NCBI GenBank assembly: GCA_965246885.1
Contig: OZ251992.1
Coordinates: 3,008,001-3,072,000, forward strand
Length of the DNA stretch: 64,000 nt
Direction: 5' to 3'
Source of the DNA: Abditibacterium sp.
Lineage (GTDB): Bacteria > Armatimonadota > Abditibacteriia > Abditibacteriales > Abditibacteriaceae
Made by a program: the position numbers and the translations under genes. Below the pieces are notes generated by a model. The model did no database searches and was not told where the DNA came from. It worked only from the letters and a program-made list of their open reading frames with translations. The number at the start of each line of letters is the position of its first letter. Positions within the stretch are counted from its first letter, which is position 1. Of the stretch, positions 50,782-60,296 are shown piece by piece.

Positions 50782-50848
50782 GAACTCGAAAACATCGTCA
50801 TCCTCAAGCCCATCCGCCCAGCTCCCGCGACGAAACGCAGTCCGTGCG
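50782..50848 (+). repeat. Degenerate direct copy of the ATPase 3' end (49595-49662)
   Basis: GAACTCGAAAACATCGTCATCCTCAAGCCCATCCGCCC...CGCAGTCCGTGCG versus GAACCCGAAAACGTCGTCACCCTCAAGCCCATCCGCCC...CGCAGTCCGTGCG. Confidence 0.9.
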
Positions 50849-50982
50849 AGGAGCGCGAGCGAGGGAAGAACAAGCACGTTGCGTTGTATCAAGCAGTTGA
50901 ACATGATAAGGTAAACCCTACCGTTCCTCAAGCGTCACGTTTATTCCCTTTTGGCGGGGCTTGGTGCTGGGCGGTTACAACC

Positions 50983-52041
50983 ATGTTCACACCCACATCA
51001 TCTGCGCGCCGCGCGCCCTCTTTGGGCCGCCAGTTCTGGCTTCTCGCCTCCGTCCTTACGCCGATTGTCTTCCTGTCCGGCGGTTGCGGTGGCGGCTCTG
51101 GTGGCGGACTGTTCGGCACGCCCACCGCGACGCCGGTTCCGGCGGCTGTGACGCTTCTCTCGAACGCTCCCATCGCTCTGGGCAATGGACAAACCGGCAC
51201 GCTCAACGCCACGCGCATTGGAAATGCCGTTACAGGCACGCTGACGGTAGCGAATACCTCCCGCGCGGCGCTCAAACAAACGAGCGCCATTAGCTTCAAT
51301 ATCCCACCCAACGTTTACAACATCACCGGCTCGTTCTCGCCGCCACGCGGCTTCACCCTAACGGGCACCTTCCCCGCCCCCATCGGCGCGTTTAGCTTGA
51401 GCGGCCAAACCCCCACAACAACCGACACCGGCTCGTTTAGTCTCACGGCGGCGGGACAAACCCAAAGCGGCACCTTGCCCGTCATCTCGACGCCGACTGT
51501 GACCCCAACTACTCCGACGGCGACACCAGCGCCCCAAATGACGCCGACGACAATCCCAACAACAGGCGGCGGCTCGCTTCGGACATCGGGCGGCGGCACG
51601 GACACGCTTTCTCTGACTGGCTCCGGGACAGGCATAGGGGCGAACTTTTCCGAAGTGGGTTACTTCGGCATCGTGACATCCAACGGCACTGCGGCACTGC
51701 GACTGGAAGGCACAACGCCACGCAACGACACCACACCCTATCGGGACATTGTGGTTGGAATTTATAAAACTGGCACCATCAACGTCGGCGACTCCTTCCC
51801 GATTGGCCCCACAACCGGCCAACACGCTTCGGTGCTCATCAGCTACGCCCCCGCCGGAAGCACAACCGGCACCGTTTACTACGGCGTGAGCGGGACGGCA
51901 ACGATCACCGGCGCGACAGCAACGGGCTTTTCGGTCTCGCTCTCGAACGTGAAAATTAACGGCATCGGCAGCGCCACTGGAGGCGGGAACGACTTCCACA
52001 CCTTCCCCACCGGCTCGGCATCGGGCACTTACACCAATTAA
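50983..52041 (+). CDS. Thr/Gly-rich hypothetical lipoprotein
   Basis: Lipobox-like LSGGC then GGGSGG and PTATP; beta-rich, low-charge composition. Confidence 0.8.
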   Translation: MFTPTSSARRAPSLGRQFWLLASVLTPIVFLSGGCGGGSGGGLFGTPTATPVPAAVTLLSNAPIALGNGQTGTLNATRIGNAVTGTLTVANTSRAALKQTSAISFNIPPNVYNITGSFSPPRGFTLTGTFPAPIGAFSLSGQTPTTTDTGSFSLTAAGQTQSGTLPVISTPTVTPTTPTATPAPQMTPTTIPTTGGGSLRTSGGGTDTLSLTGSGTGIGANFSEVGYFGIVTSNGTAALRLEGTTPRNDTTPYRDIVVGIYKTGTINVGDSFPIGPTTGQHASVLISYAPAGSTTGTVYYGVSGTATITGATATGFSVSLSNVKINGIGSATGGGNDFHTFPTGSASGTYTN

Positions 52042-52280
52042 TCAAACACCACTCCAAGCCAACAAGCGCGCCCTGAATTGGGCGCGCTTGTTTGTGTTTG
52101 GCAGGCTCGCGCCGCGCGCGACAGAACAGCTTGGTGGATTAGGCCGTTGGAAACGCCGGGGTCTTGGGCGAGCAACGCGGCCAAACGGCGGTCGCGGGCG
52201 GTTAATTGGCCGCGCTTCGCGCGCTCCAAAATGAGCGCGGCCAACTTCGCTTTGCGCCAATGGATGTTTTCGTTTTTCAT
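52038..52280 (-). CDS. Possible small hypothetical protein (80 aa)
   Basis: ATG preceded by TACGCT and a helical-looking N-terminal part, but the ORF runs through a terminator hairpin. Confidence 0.4.
   Translation of the reverse strand: MKNENIHWRKAKLAALILERAKRGQLTARDRRLAALLAQDPGVSNGLIHQAVLSRAARACQTQTSAPNSGRACWLGVVFD
52061..52092. terminator. Hairpin terminator
   Basis: AACAAGCGCGCCC-TGAATT-GGGCGCGCTTGTT followed by TGTGTTT. Confidence 0.75.
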
Positions 52281-52330
52281 CGCGTTGGGAAGCGTAGTTC
52301 AGGCGCGCGGCTTGCCAACCCGCGCCCCAA

Positions 52331-53545
52331 ATGATCAATGAAACGCAAGATTCTACCGCCGTGCCGCATTTGGGCGGCGTGTCGCTTTCCCTTGAACGGG
52401 TGAACGAAGAGGAAGAGAAAACGCCCTCACCGCGAACGAAGAGCGTGCCCAAGGCGGCGCCGCTTTGGATGCCGGAGCGGGTCATCTTCACCCCCGCCGC
52501 GTTGGAGTGGGAGCATGGGCGGGCTATCTTGGCGCGCTGCGAGGCGATCGGCATACCTGTGGAGAAGCTCCGCGCGAATCGGCTGACCGGCCTGACGCAG
52601 GAGGATGTGCGCAAGACCTACGCGGCGGCGAAGCGCACGCTCGCGGTGGTGGTTTCGCCGCCCAGTTACCTCAAGTTGCAGCCGATTCCGCCGTCCGCCG
52701 ATTGGCAGTTCCACGTTGCCGAAGGCTGTCCAGCGCACTGCCAATACTGCTACCTCGCGGGCAGTTTGTCCGGCCCGCCGATTGTGCGGGCGTTTGCTAA
52801 CTTGCCGCAGATTCTCGAAAACCTCGTTCAATATGAGACCATCCGCCCCAACGTCGCTAAGCCGCGCGGCAACTCGCCAACATCCGAGCGCGGGCGCGAG
52901 GACTCGATGAGTTTTGAAGTTTCGTGCTACACCGACCCGCTCGGCATCGAACATCTGACCGGCAGTTTGGCCGAAGCGATTCGGTATTTCGGCACGCGCG
53001 ACCGGGGCTTTTTGCGCTGCGTGTCGAAGTTCGACGCCGTTGACAACCTGCTCCATCTGCCCCACAACGGGCAAACGCGCTTTCGCTCCAGCATGAACGC
53101 CGAGCCGATTTCGCGCCGCTTGGAAGGCGGCACCGCCAACGTTCCGGCGAGACTGCTCGCGCTTCGCAAATTGGCGCTTCCGCCCGAACGCGGCGGGGGC
53201 GGCTACCCGATTGGCATCGTCATCGCCCCGATTATGCCGATGGACGACTGGAGCGCGCACTACACCAAACTGCTGAACGAAGCCCAATCCGCGCTCGATT
53301 TCGAGTGCGACCTTTCCTTTGAACTCATCACGCACCGCTTCACCCCCGGCTCGAAAGACGTGCTGCTCCAATGGTATCCCAACACCTCGCTCGACCTCGA
53401 CGAATCCAAACGCGAAGTCAAACGCAACAAATTCGGCGGCACCAAATACGTCTACCCCCGCGAGTTGATGAAGGAGTTGAAGAGTTGGTTCTTCGAGGAG
53501 ATCGGCGCGCGCTTTCCGACGGGGAAGATTTTGTATTGGACGTGA
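52331..53545 (+). CDS. Spore photoproduct lyase family radical SAM protein
   Basis: GCPAHCQYCYL, SCYTDPLGIEHLTG, FELITHRFT, KFGGTKYVY, ILYWT terminus. Start may be later. Confidence 0.9.
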   Translation: MINETQDSTAVPHLGGVSLSLERVNEEEEKTPSPRTKSVPKAAPLWMPERVIFTPAALEWEHGRAILARCEAIGIPVEKLRANRLTGLTQEDVRKTYAAAKRTLAVVVSPPSYLKLQPIPPSADWQFHVAEGCPAHCQYCYLAGSLSGPPIVRAFANLPQILENLVQYETIRPNVAKPRGNSPTSERGREDSMSFEVSCYTDPLGIEHLTGSLAEAIRYFGTRDRGFLRCVSKFDAVDNLLHLPHNGQTRFRSSMNAEPISRRLEGGTANVPARLLALRKLALPPERGGGGYPIGIVIAPIMPMDDWSAHYTKLLNEAQSALDFECDLSFELITHRFTPGSKDVLLQWYPNTSLDLDESKREVKRNKFGGTKYVYPRELMKELKSWFFEEIGARFPTGKILYWT

Positions 53546-53580
53546 GGGGTAGAGTTTTTTACGATGTATAATTAAAGACA

Positions 53581-54162
53581 ATGTGTTTCACACCGATAGA
53601 GAACACCGCCTACCACGAAGCTGGTCACGCGGTTGCCAACGTAGCCCTTGGACGACAAATAGCTCGCCTTAGTATCATCCCCGAAGGCGAGCTATATGGT
53701 GTCTGCTCTCGTGTCCCCATGTCGGACGAGTTGCTTAACTTAGAGAACGAAATTGTCTCTCTTCTATCGGCAAAATTTTCAGAGGAGCTGCATGGCCCTC
53801 CATTACCAGCAGGAATCCAAGGTGACGAAAAGGTTGCCAAACCCATCGCGGTGCGTCTCTTAAAACAGAGGGGAGAGTGGGAAGAAGAACTCACAAACGA
53901 CGAGATAGATGCGATTAACGCTCCGTTTCTTGAGCGCCAACGGCGGCGCTCCGAGAATAACGAAGCGATAGATAGAAACAACGAGAAGATAGATGAGAAC
54001 TTATTTGCTCTGAAGGAGAAAGCCCGTCTTTTGATTCGAAAGCACGAGTTAGCAGTTCACAGAGTAGCTGCTGAGCTACTGGACAAGAGAGAGTTGATTG
54101 GTTCGGAAGCACATAACTTCGTCGAGAACGCCGTCTTGGAAGCCGAAAATTCGGGGGAATGA
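53581..54162 (+). CDS. Standalone FtsH/M41-like HExxH peptidase domain protein
   Basis: TAYHEAGHAV motif and C-terminal VHRVAAELL..RELIG; no AAA domain; TATAAT 8 nt upstream; low GC. Confidence 0.75.
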   Translation: MCFTPIENTAYHEAGHAVANVALGRQIARLSIIPEGELYGVCSRVPMSDELLNLENEIVSLLSAKFSEELHGPPLPAGIQGDEKVAKPIAVRLLKQRGEWEEELTNDEIDAINAPFLERQRRRSENNEAIDRNNEKIDENLFALKEKARLLIRKHELAVHRVAAELLDKRELIGSEAHNFVENAVLEAENSGE

Positions 54163-54207
54163 TTTGTGCAGAAGCGCGGCTCTATATCCCGTGCATTAGC
54201 ACCAGAA

Positions 54208-54438
54208 CCGTTTATCGTCAATAATCGGCTTCCGTTAATTAACAAGACCCTCTTGTTAGTCAACGAGGGCCAATTCTTGTTCAATAAGAGCCTCTTAATG
54301 GTCAACGGGAGCCGATTGTTGGTCAAGGCGAGGCTCTTGATTACCGAGGAGAGGCTCTTATTGGCCAATGAGAGCCGATTCTTAGTCAATGAGAGCCGAT
54401 TATTGTTCAACGCGAGGCTCTTGTTAATCAACAATCGG
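54208..54438. repeat. 11 x 21-bp degenerate, semi-palindromic tandem repeat
   Basis: Units such as CTCTTGTTAGTCAACGAGGGC, CTCTTATTGGCCAATGAGAGC, CGATTCTTAGTCAATGAGAGC, CTCTTGTTAATCAACAATCGG. Confidence 0.9.
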
Positions 54439-54466
54439 CTCGGCGCGAGAAGCAATGGGTGTTCAT

Positions 54467-54602
54467 CGGGGATATAAAATCCCCGGCATCCGGGCGCGGG
54501 CGCCCAAGTGTCCTGCCGGACACGCTTCCCTTGCCAACTCTCTAAACCCCGCGTCCGGCAGGACGCTTGGCGAAGCCGGATGCCGGGGATTTTATATCCC
54601 CG
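54467..54602. repeat. REP-doublet-like element: 27-bp perfect inverted repeat with nested inner repeat
   Basis: CGGGGATATAAAATCCCCGGCATCCGG (54467-54493) / reverse complement (54576-54602); inner CCAAGTGTCCTGCCGGAC / GTCCGGCAGGACGCTTGG. Confidence 0.9.
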
Positions 54603-54612
54603 AAAAACCGGA

Positions 54613-57279
54613 CTACGCCACGTCCATCCCTTCGCCGCTTTGTTGAATAAGTTTCGCAACCAGCGCCGTCCAGCCGGTTTGGTGACTGGCGCCCAAACCT
54701 TTCCCTGTGTCGCCGTGAAAATACTCGAAGAACTGGAGGTGGTCGCGGAAGTGGGGGTCGGATTGCAGGGTAGCGTTGTCGCCCCAAATGCGGCGGTGGC
54801 CGTTCGCGTCGAGGGTGAAGAGGCGGATGAGGCGGCGGGAAAGGAGGGTGGACACGTCCCACAGACTGAGCATCGTGTTGGGGTCGTCGGGCGAGGGGAC
54901 GGCGAAAGTGTCGCCGTAGAAGAAGTCGAACTTTTGGAGCGCCTCGATGAGCAGGTAGTTGATGGGAAACCAGACCGGGCCGCGCCAGTTGGAGTTGCCG
55001 CCGAACAGACTCGTCGTGCTTTCGCCCGGTTCGTAGTCGAGCGTCCACGAGTGGCCGTCGAGGTGGACGGTGAGCGGGTTCTGAGCGTGGAACTTCGAGA
55101 CCGAGCGCAAACCGCCGTCGCTGAGGAACTCGTTGGGGTCGAGCATCCGCGATAGGAGGCGGCGCAGGCGCGTTTCGTCCACGACCGAAAACAAGCGGCG
55201 CGCTTTCATGCCCTGCACCGTGAGGCTCGCGGCGTTGCGCGTCAGGTCGGGTCGGTGCGCGAGGAACCACTCCATGCGCGAGCGGAAATCCGGCAGGCGT
55301 TCGAGGACAGACTCTTCGATGGTTTCGACGGCCAGCAAGGGGATGAGGCCGACGAGCGTGCGGGTGCGAACGAACTGCGGCGGCGCGTCGCGCGTTTGCA
55401 GCACGTCGTAATAAAAGCCATCCTCTTCGTCCCAGAGGTCAATGCCCGCTTCGCGCATCATCATCGAGCGGTCGTTCATGGCGTGCGCGATATAAAAGAA
55501 GTGCTCCAAGAACTTGCTCGCCATGTCCTCGTAGGTGTTGTCTTCCGCCGCTAATTCGAGGGAGATAGCGAGCATGTTCAAGCAATACATCGCCATCCAC
55601 GCCGTGCCGTCGGCTTGGTCTAACTGCGCGCCGTTGGGGAGCGGCGCGCTCCTGTCGAAGACGCCGATGTTGTCCAGCCCTAAAAAGCCGCCCTGGAAGA
55701 CGTTGCGCCCCTGCGCGTCTTTGCGGTTCACCCACCAAGTGAAATTGAGCAGCAACTTGTGGAAGACGCGCTCCAGAAAGTCGCGGTCGCCCGTTCCGGT
55801 GCGCTTGCGTTCGATGCGGTAAACGCGCAGCGCCGCCCACGCATGGACCGGCGGGTTGACATCGCCAAAGGCCCACTCGTAGGCGGCCAGTTGCCCGTTC
55901 GGGTGCATCACCCATTCGCGCAAGGACAGCAGCAGTTGCTCCTTGGCGAATTCGGCGTCCATGATCGCGAACGTGACGCAGTGAAACGCCAAGTCCCACG
56001 CGGCGAACCAAGGGTATTCCCACACATCGGGCATGGACATGACGCCGTTGACGTTGAGGTGCGTCCAGTCATGGTCGCGCCCGCCCCAACGCGCGTCGGG
56101 CGGCGCTGGTTGCGCGGGGTCGCCGCTCAGCCATTTGAACACGTTGAAGTTGTAAAACTGCTTGCCCCACAGCAGCCCCGCGAGGGCTTGGCGTTGCACG
56201 CGCTTTTGGTCGAGGTCGGCGCCAGAGGGTGCGAGCGCCCCAAAGAACTCGTCGGCCTCCTTGCGCCGCGTTTCGACCAACTCATCGAAAGCGGCGCCCA
56301 AACTCTCGCCTTCGTGCTCCTCGTCCGACAAGCGCAAGCGAATCCGCGCCGACGCGCCGCCCGCGATTTCGAGGACATAATGCGCCGCCGCCTTAGTGCC
56401 GACTTGCCGGGGATTAACTGCGGTTTTGTCGCCTTGGACGACGTAGTTGCCGATGCCGTCTTTAACAAAAGGCGTCGAGTTGGGCACGTCGTAAAGGCGC
56501 TTCGCGTTGGTCTCGTTGTCGCAAAACAGCGCCGCCGCGTCGCCTTGCGCCCGCAGAAGGTAGGGGCCAAACCCCGGCTTTTCGGCGCGGAACTTCAGTC
56601 CCGATGCGGCGTATTCGAGGTTGATGCGCGGCTTATCCGCCACTCCCCTCCACGCCCATGTGTTGCGAAACCACAGCGTTGGCAACAGGTGCAAAGTCTG
56701 CGCGTCCGGCCCGCGATTGTGCGCGGTGATTTGGATGAGCGTATCAGTGGGCGCCGCTTTGATGTACTCAATTTCAACGTCGAAATACCTATCTCCATCG
56801 AAGACGCTGGTATCTAAGAGTTCAAACTCTGGCTGCGACTTGTTGCGCGCGGCATTTCCCTCGACCAGTTGCGCGTAGGGAAAGGCGGCGTGCGGGTATT
56901 TGTAGAGGGCGCGGTTGTAGGAGTGGCTGGGCGTGGCGTCGAGGAAATAAAGTAGCTCCTTGACATCCTCGCCATGCACACCCTCGTTGCCGCCCAAACC
57001 GAACAACCGTTCTTTGAGAATGGGGTCGCGCCCGTTCCACAAAGCGAGCGCGAAGCACAAGTTCTGCCCGTCGTCGCACCACCCCGCCAGCCCGTCCTCG
57101 TTCCAGCGATACGCTTTGGAGCGCGCGTGGTCGTGCGGCAAATAATCCCACGCGCGGCCATCGGGCGAATAATCTTCGCGCACCGACCCCCACGCGCGCT
57201 CGGCCAGATACGGCCCCCATTTGCGCCAGTTCTGGGTGTCATCTTGGTTCTCTTGAAGGCGGGTTTGTTCGGGAAGCAT
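54613..57279 (-). CDS. GH63-like glucosidase (MGH1-like)
   Basis: WGPYLAERAWGSVREDYS, SMPDVWEYPWFAAWDLAFH, GGFLGLDNIG, NWRGPVW, EYFHGDTGKGLGASHQTGWT. Confidence 0.93.
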   Translation of the reverse strand: MLPEQTRLQENQDDTQNWRKWGPYLAERAWGSVREDYSPDGRAWDYLPHDHARSKAYRWNEDGLAGWCDDGQNLCFALALWNGRDPILKERLFGLGGNEGVHGEDVKELLYFLDATPSHSYNRALYKYPHAAFPYAQLVEGNAARNKSQPEFELLDTSVFDGDRYFDVEIEYIKAAPTDTLIQITAHNRGPDAQTLHLLPTLWFRNTWAWRGVADKPRINLEYAASGLKFRAEKPGFGPYLLRAQGDAAALFCDNETNAKRLYDVPNSTPFVKDGIGNYVVQGDKTAVNPRQVGTKAAAHYVLEIAGGASARIRLRLSDEEHEGESLGAAFDELVETRRKEADEFFGALAPSGADLDQKRVQRQALAGLLWGKQFYNFNVFKWLSGDPAQPAPPDARWGGRDHDWTHLNVNGVMSMPDVWEYPWFAAWDLAFHCVTFAIMDAEFAKEQLLLSLREWVMHPNGQLAAYEWAFGDVNPPVHAWAALRVYRIERKRTGTGDRDFLERVFHKLLLNFTWWVNRKDAQGRNVFQGGFLGLDNIGVFDRSAPLPNGAQLDQADGTAWMAMYCLNMLAISLELAAEDNTYEDMASKFLEHFFYIAHAMNDRSMMMREAGIDLWDEEDGFYYDVLQTRDAPPQFVRTRTLVGLIPLLAVETIEESVLERLPDFRSRMEWFLAHRPDLTRNAASLTVQGMKARRLFSVVDETRLRRLLSRMLDPNEFLSDGGLRSVSKFHAQNPLTVHLDGHSWTLDYEPGESTTSLFGGNSNWRGPVWFPINYLLIEALQKFDFFYGDTFAVPSPDDPNTMLSLWDVSTLLSRRLIRLFTLDANGHRRIWGDNATLQSDPHFRDHLQFFEYFHGDTGKGLGASHQTGWTALVAKLIQQSGEGMDVA

Positions 57280-58058
57280 TAATACAAAGTGACTTGCTGC
57301 GTCAACCCGCCGTCGACGTAATACGTCGAACCGGTCACGTATTCCGATTCATCGCTGGCCAAGAACGCCGCGACTGCTGCGACTTCTTCGGGCTTTCCAA
57401 AACGGCCCCAAGGAATTTCGGTGAGCGCATTTTTCAGGGCTTCGGGGTCGGACAAAACGCTCTGATTAATGGGCGTAGCGATGGCGCCGGGAGCGATGTT
57501 GTTGACGTTGATTTTGTTGGGCGCCAGTTCCATTGCGAGGTTGCGCATCATCATGCGCATGGCGCCCTTGCTCGCGCAGTACGCGGTGTAGCCGGGGAAC
57601 GGAATGTCCTCGTGAACCGAGGAAATGTTGATGATTTTGCCGCCGCCGCCCTGCGCGATCATCTGGCGCGCACCGAGTTGGGATATAAGGAAGGCGCCGA
57701 ACAGGTTGACGTTGAGGACTTTGTTCCACTCGTCGTCGGTCACGTCCAGGAACGGCTTTTTGAACTCGATGCCCGCGTTGTTGACCACAATATCTATGCG
57801 CCCGAACTGCTTGACTACGGCGTCGAACATGGCTTGCACGTCGTCGCGTTTGGACACGTCGCCGCCAACGGCAATGCCGGTTTCGCCGTAGGTCTTGTCG
57901 AAGTCGTCCACTTCGGCCTGCGCGTCGGCGGCGTTGTGGCCAACCGGCAAGTAATTGACGGCGACGTGGGCGCCCTCTTGGGCAAAGCGGGTGGCGATGG
58001 CCTTGCCAATGCCGGAGTTGGCGCCCGAAATCAGCGCGACTTTGTCTTTGAGCTTCAT
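57279..58058 (-). CDS. Glucose 1-dehydrogenase-like SDR
   Basis: GANSGIG, NNAG, ISSVHE, YCASK, VDGG; TAATG overlap with the GH63 start. Confidence 0.9.
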   Translation of the reverse strand: MKLKDKVALISGANSGIGKAIATRFAQEGAHVAVNYLPVGHNAADAQAEVDDFDKTYGETGIAVGGDVSKRDDVQAMFDAVVKQFGRIDIVVNNAGIEFKKPFLDVTDDEWNKVLNVNLFGAFLISQLGARQMIAQGGGGKIINISSVHEDIPFPGYTAYCASKGAMRMMMRNLAMELAPNKINVNNIAPGAIATPINQSVLSDPEALKNALTEIPWGRFGKPEEVAAVAAFLASDESEYVTGSTYYVDGGLTQQVTLY

Positions 58059-58130
58059 AGCGGCCCCAGTTTGGAACACTTTGGGTGCCAAGACAGGAAT
58101 GTTTGGCGTATTCCCAAAGGAAACTGTTCC

Positions 58131-58742
58131 CTACCCCAACACCCAGTCACGCACCGTCGAGATAGCCTCGCGCAGGCAGTAAAAGAGGCGCGTTTGCGGC
58201 GGAAGCGCATCCCACCCCGCGAGGGCGGGCGAAGTCGTGGCAACCAACCCGACGCGCTCCAAGTCGCGGCGGCACCGGAGCAAGTGGAACGGGTCGGACA
58301 CGGCGATGACGTGGGCGCCGTGCGGCAAAAGTGCGGCGGCGAATTGGGCGTTTTCGCGGGTGGAGGTGGAGCGCTCTTCGCGCAAAATGGCGCTGGCGGG
58401 CACGCCCCAGCGTTCCAACAGGGCGGTCTCGACTATGGACTCGGCGGGCGGGTTGTCCCCGACGCCGCCGGTGCAGACTATCTTGGGCGCGAAGCCGCGC
58501 TTCCAAAGCTCGAAGGCATGGCGCGAGCGAAAGTAAAGCAGCGTCGAGGGCGCCCCGCCCGGTTGTACCCTCGCGCCGAAGACCACAATAGCGGCGGCGG
58601 GAGTCGCCCGCTCAACCCGTCCCCAGCGTTCGATCCACGCGCCCAATCCATACAGCGCCAGCAATGGTAAGGCACCAAGGAGAAGAAGGGCCAGAACGAA
58701 ACGGCGGCGGCGCGCGGCGGGTTGGCGGAGGAGGCGGGGCAT
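58131..58742 (-). CDS. YdcF/DUF218 family protein
   Basis: AIVVFGA, VCTGG, EERSTSTRENA, VSDPFHLLR, REA. Confidence 0.9.
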   Translation of the reverse strand: MPRLLRQPAARRRRFVLALLLLGALPLLALYGLGAWIERWGRVERATPAAAIVVFGARVQPGGAPSTLLYFRSRHAFELWKRGFAPKIVCTGGVGDNPPAESIVETALLERWGVPASAILREERSTSTRENAQFAAALLPHGAHVIAVSDPFHLLRCRRDLERVGLVATTSPALAGWDALPPQTRLFYCLREAISTVRDWVLG

Positions 58743-58760
58743 GGCAGTGGGCGTTCGCTC

Positions 58761-59621
58761 TTAAAAAGAAAGTCCGCGCGCGACCACGTGGTTGGGGTCA
58801 ACCGGCTCCTGCTCGATGCGGACTTCCCAGTGCAGATGCGGGCCGGTGACAAAGCCGGTCGCGCCGACTTTGCCGATCTCCGCGCCCTTCCCGACGGCTT
58901 GTCCCTCGCTGACTTCGCGCTTGGACAAGTGCATATACACCGAGAAGACGTTGCAGCCGTGATCTATCACCACGCAGTTGCCGCGCAGAGCGGGCAAGTA
59001 GGCGCTCAAGGCGACGCGGCCAGAGTTGGCGGCGTGGACGGGGGTGCCCAAACCGGCGCGCACGTCGGCGCCGTTGTGCTGGCCCCACCATTTGCCGTTG
59101 ACAAAGCGCCGCCGTCCGTATGCTGAAGTCGCCCCGCCCGCACAGGGAACAATCCAGTTGCCCTTCCAAAGCGGCGCCGCGTAGGAGTCGGCCATCTTGC
59201 TTTGCACGTAGAGTTTCTCGGCGTGGAGGGCATCCTTGGCGTCCATCTTGGCGGCGGTGCGGGAATCGCGCATGGTGATGTATTGCGTGGGATAGAGGCG
59301 CGTGCGGCCTTGGAAAGTCACGCGAATGGTCTGCGCACCCTTGTCGGTTTCGACGCGCGCCGCAAGTGGGAACGCGCCGCCCTTGCGGTCGAAAGGAAAG
59401 CCCACGAAAGCGCGCGCGCTTCCATCGGGGCGGGTGTAGAACTTCACCTCTTTGGTATCGAAGGCGCTCATGCCAATGGCTTGGATATGCTCACCATTGT
59501 CGGGCGCGACGGTAAGCGTCAGGATGTCGCCCGGTTGGGCGCCTTGCGGGGCAATGGAGAGGCTCGCGGCGTGCGCGGACGCGCACAGTGTAAGGAAGGC
59601 GGGGAGAAAGAAGCGGTTCAT
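58761..59621 (-). CDS. M23 family metallopeptidase
   Basis: Signal peptide, HNGAD, YMHL, TGPHLHW. Confidence 0.93.
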   Translation of the reverse strand: MNRFFLPAFLTLCASAHAASLSIAPQGAQPGDILTLTVAPDNGEHIQAIGMSAFDTKEVKFYTRPDGSARAFVGFPFDRKGGAFPLAARVETDKGAQTIRVTFQGRTRLYPTQYITMRDSRTAAKMDAKDALHAEKLYVQSKMADSYAAPLWKGNWIVPCAGGATSAYGRRRFVNGKWWGQHNGADVRAGLGTPVHAANSGRVALSAYLPALRGNCVVIDHGCNVFSVYMHLSKREVSEGQAVGKGAEIGKVGATGFVTGPHLHWEVRIEQEPVDPNHVVARGLSF

Positions 59622-59657
59622 GCCACCACAGTTTGCAGAGCCGCCGCGCGCCGTGTG

Positions 59658-60230
59658 TCAGGGTTTGGCGGCCATCTCGCGCGCCAACCGCTCCACTTCA
59701 CGCGGGTTCTCGATGCCGTAAAAGCCGACTTCGACGGTTTTAGTATCGCCATCATTATCTTTAACTGCGCTCCTCAGAACGAGGTCGCCGCGCCCATTCG
59801 CGCTCTCGGTGCGCTCAAGGGAGAACTCGGACGGCAGGATGCTTTGCACTTTGGTGGCGCTTCCCGTAACGACAACGAGGGCGCGGCGGTCGGTAAGGGC
59901 GTAGAAGGTGCGCGTCGCCTTGGCGCGCTCAGTGAACGGCGACAGCACTCCCGCAACAGCGACGCCCACGAAAAGGAGGCCGAACGCGGGAAAGCAGATG
60001 CTAAACAAGTCGGGCGTTTTCCCGGCGGCGAGGCTCTGTCGCACGGGCGTTGTGGCAATCCCCATCCAAAACAGCGAGAAAGCGAGCATGAACAGCATCG
60101 CTGGAAAGTATCTGAAAGCCCGTTTTTGCATGCGCGCCGGGTCGGGTTGTCCGGCCCACACGACGCGCTCGCCCGCGTCGAGTTCGCGCGCGATGGCCGG
60201 GGTGTCGGCGGAGATGGTATAGGGCGACAT
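59658..60230 (-). CDS. Two-TM membrane protein with PH-like C-terminal domain
   Basis: ELDAGERVVWAGQP, two TM segments, YALTDRRA, GRGDL, FYGIENPREVE. Confidence 0.78.
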   Translation of the reverse strand: MSPYTISADTPAIARELDAGERVVWAGQPDPARMQKRAFRYFPAMLFMLAFSLFWMGIATTPVRQSLAAGKTPDLFSICFPAFGLLFVGVAVAGVLSPFTERAKATRTFYALTDRRALVVVTGSATKVQSILPSEFSLERTESANGRGDLVLRSAVKDNDGDTKTVEVGFYGIENPREVERLAREMAAKP

Positions 60231-60296
60231 AAACCGTAGTCTGCTATTTTCGAGGACGCCTTGACGCGCGCCTCCAAAGCGGGAAACTGCGCGGAG

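Noticed and set aside
52331..53545. Evidence that the organism sporulates
   Set aside because: SPL-family genes occur in non-sporulating bacteria and no sporulation genes are in the window.
54208..54438. CRISPR array (also considered for 33215-33352 and 9558-9662)
   Set aside because: The units are contiguous degenerate 21-mers with no unique spacers, and there are no cas genes in the window.
54166..54477. Heptad-repeat ORFs on both strands as real CDSs
   Set aside because: Open frames follow automatically from a stop-free 21-bp repeat; there is no clear start signal. Not called without expression data.
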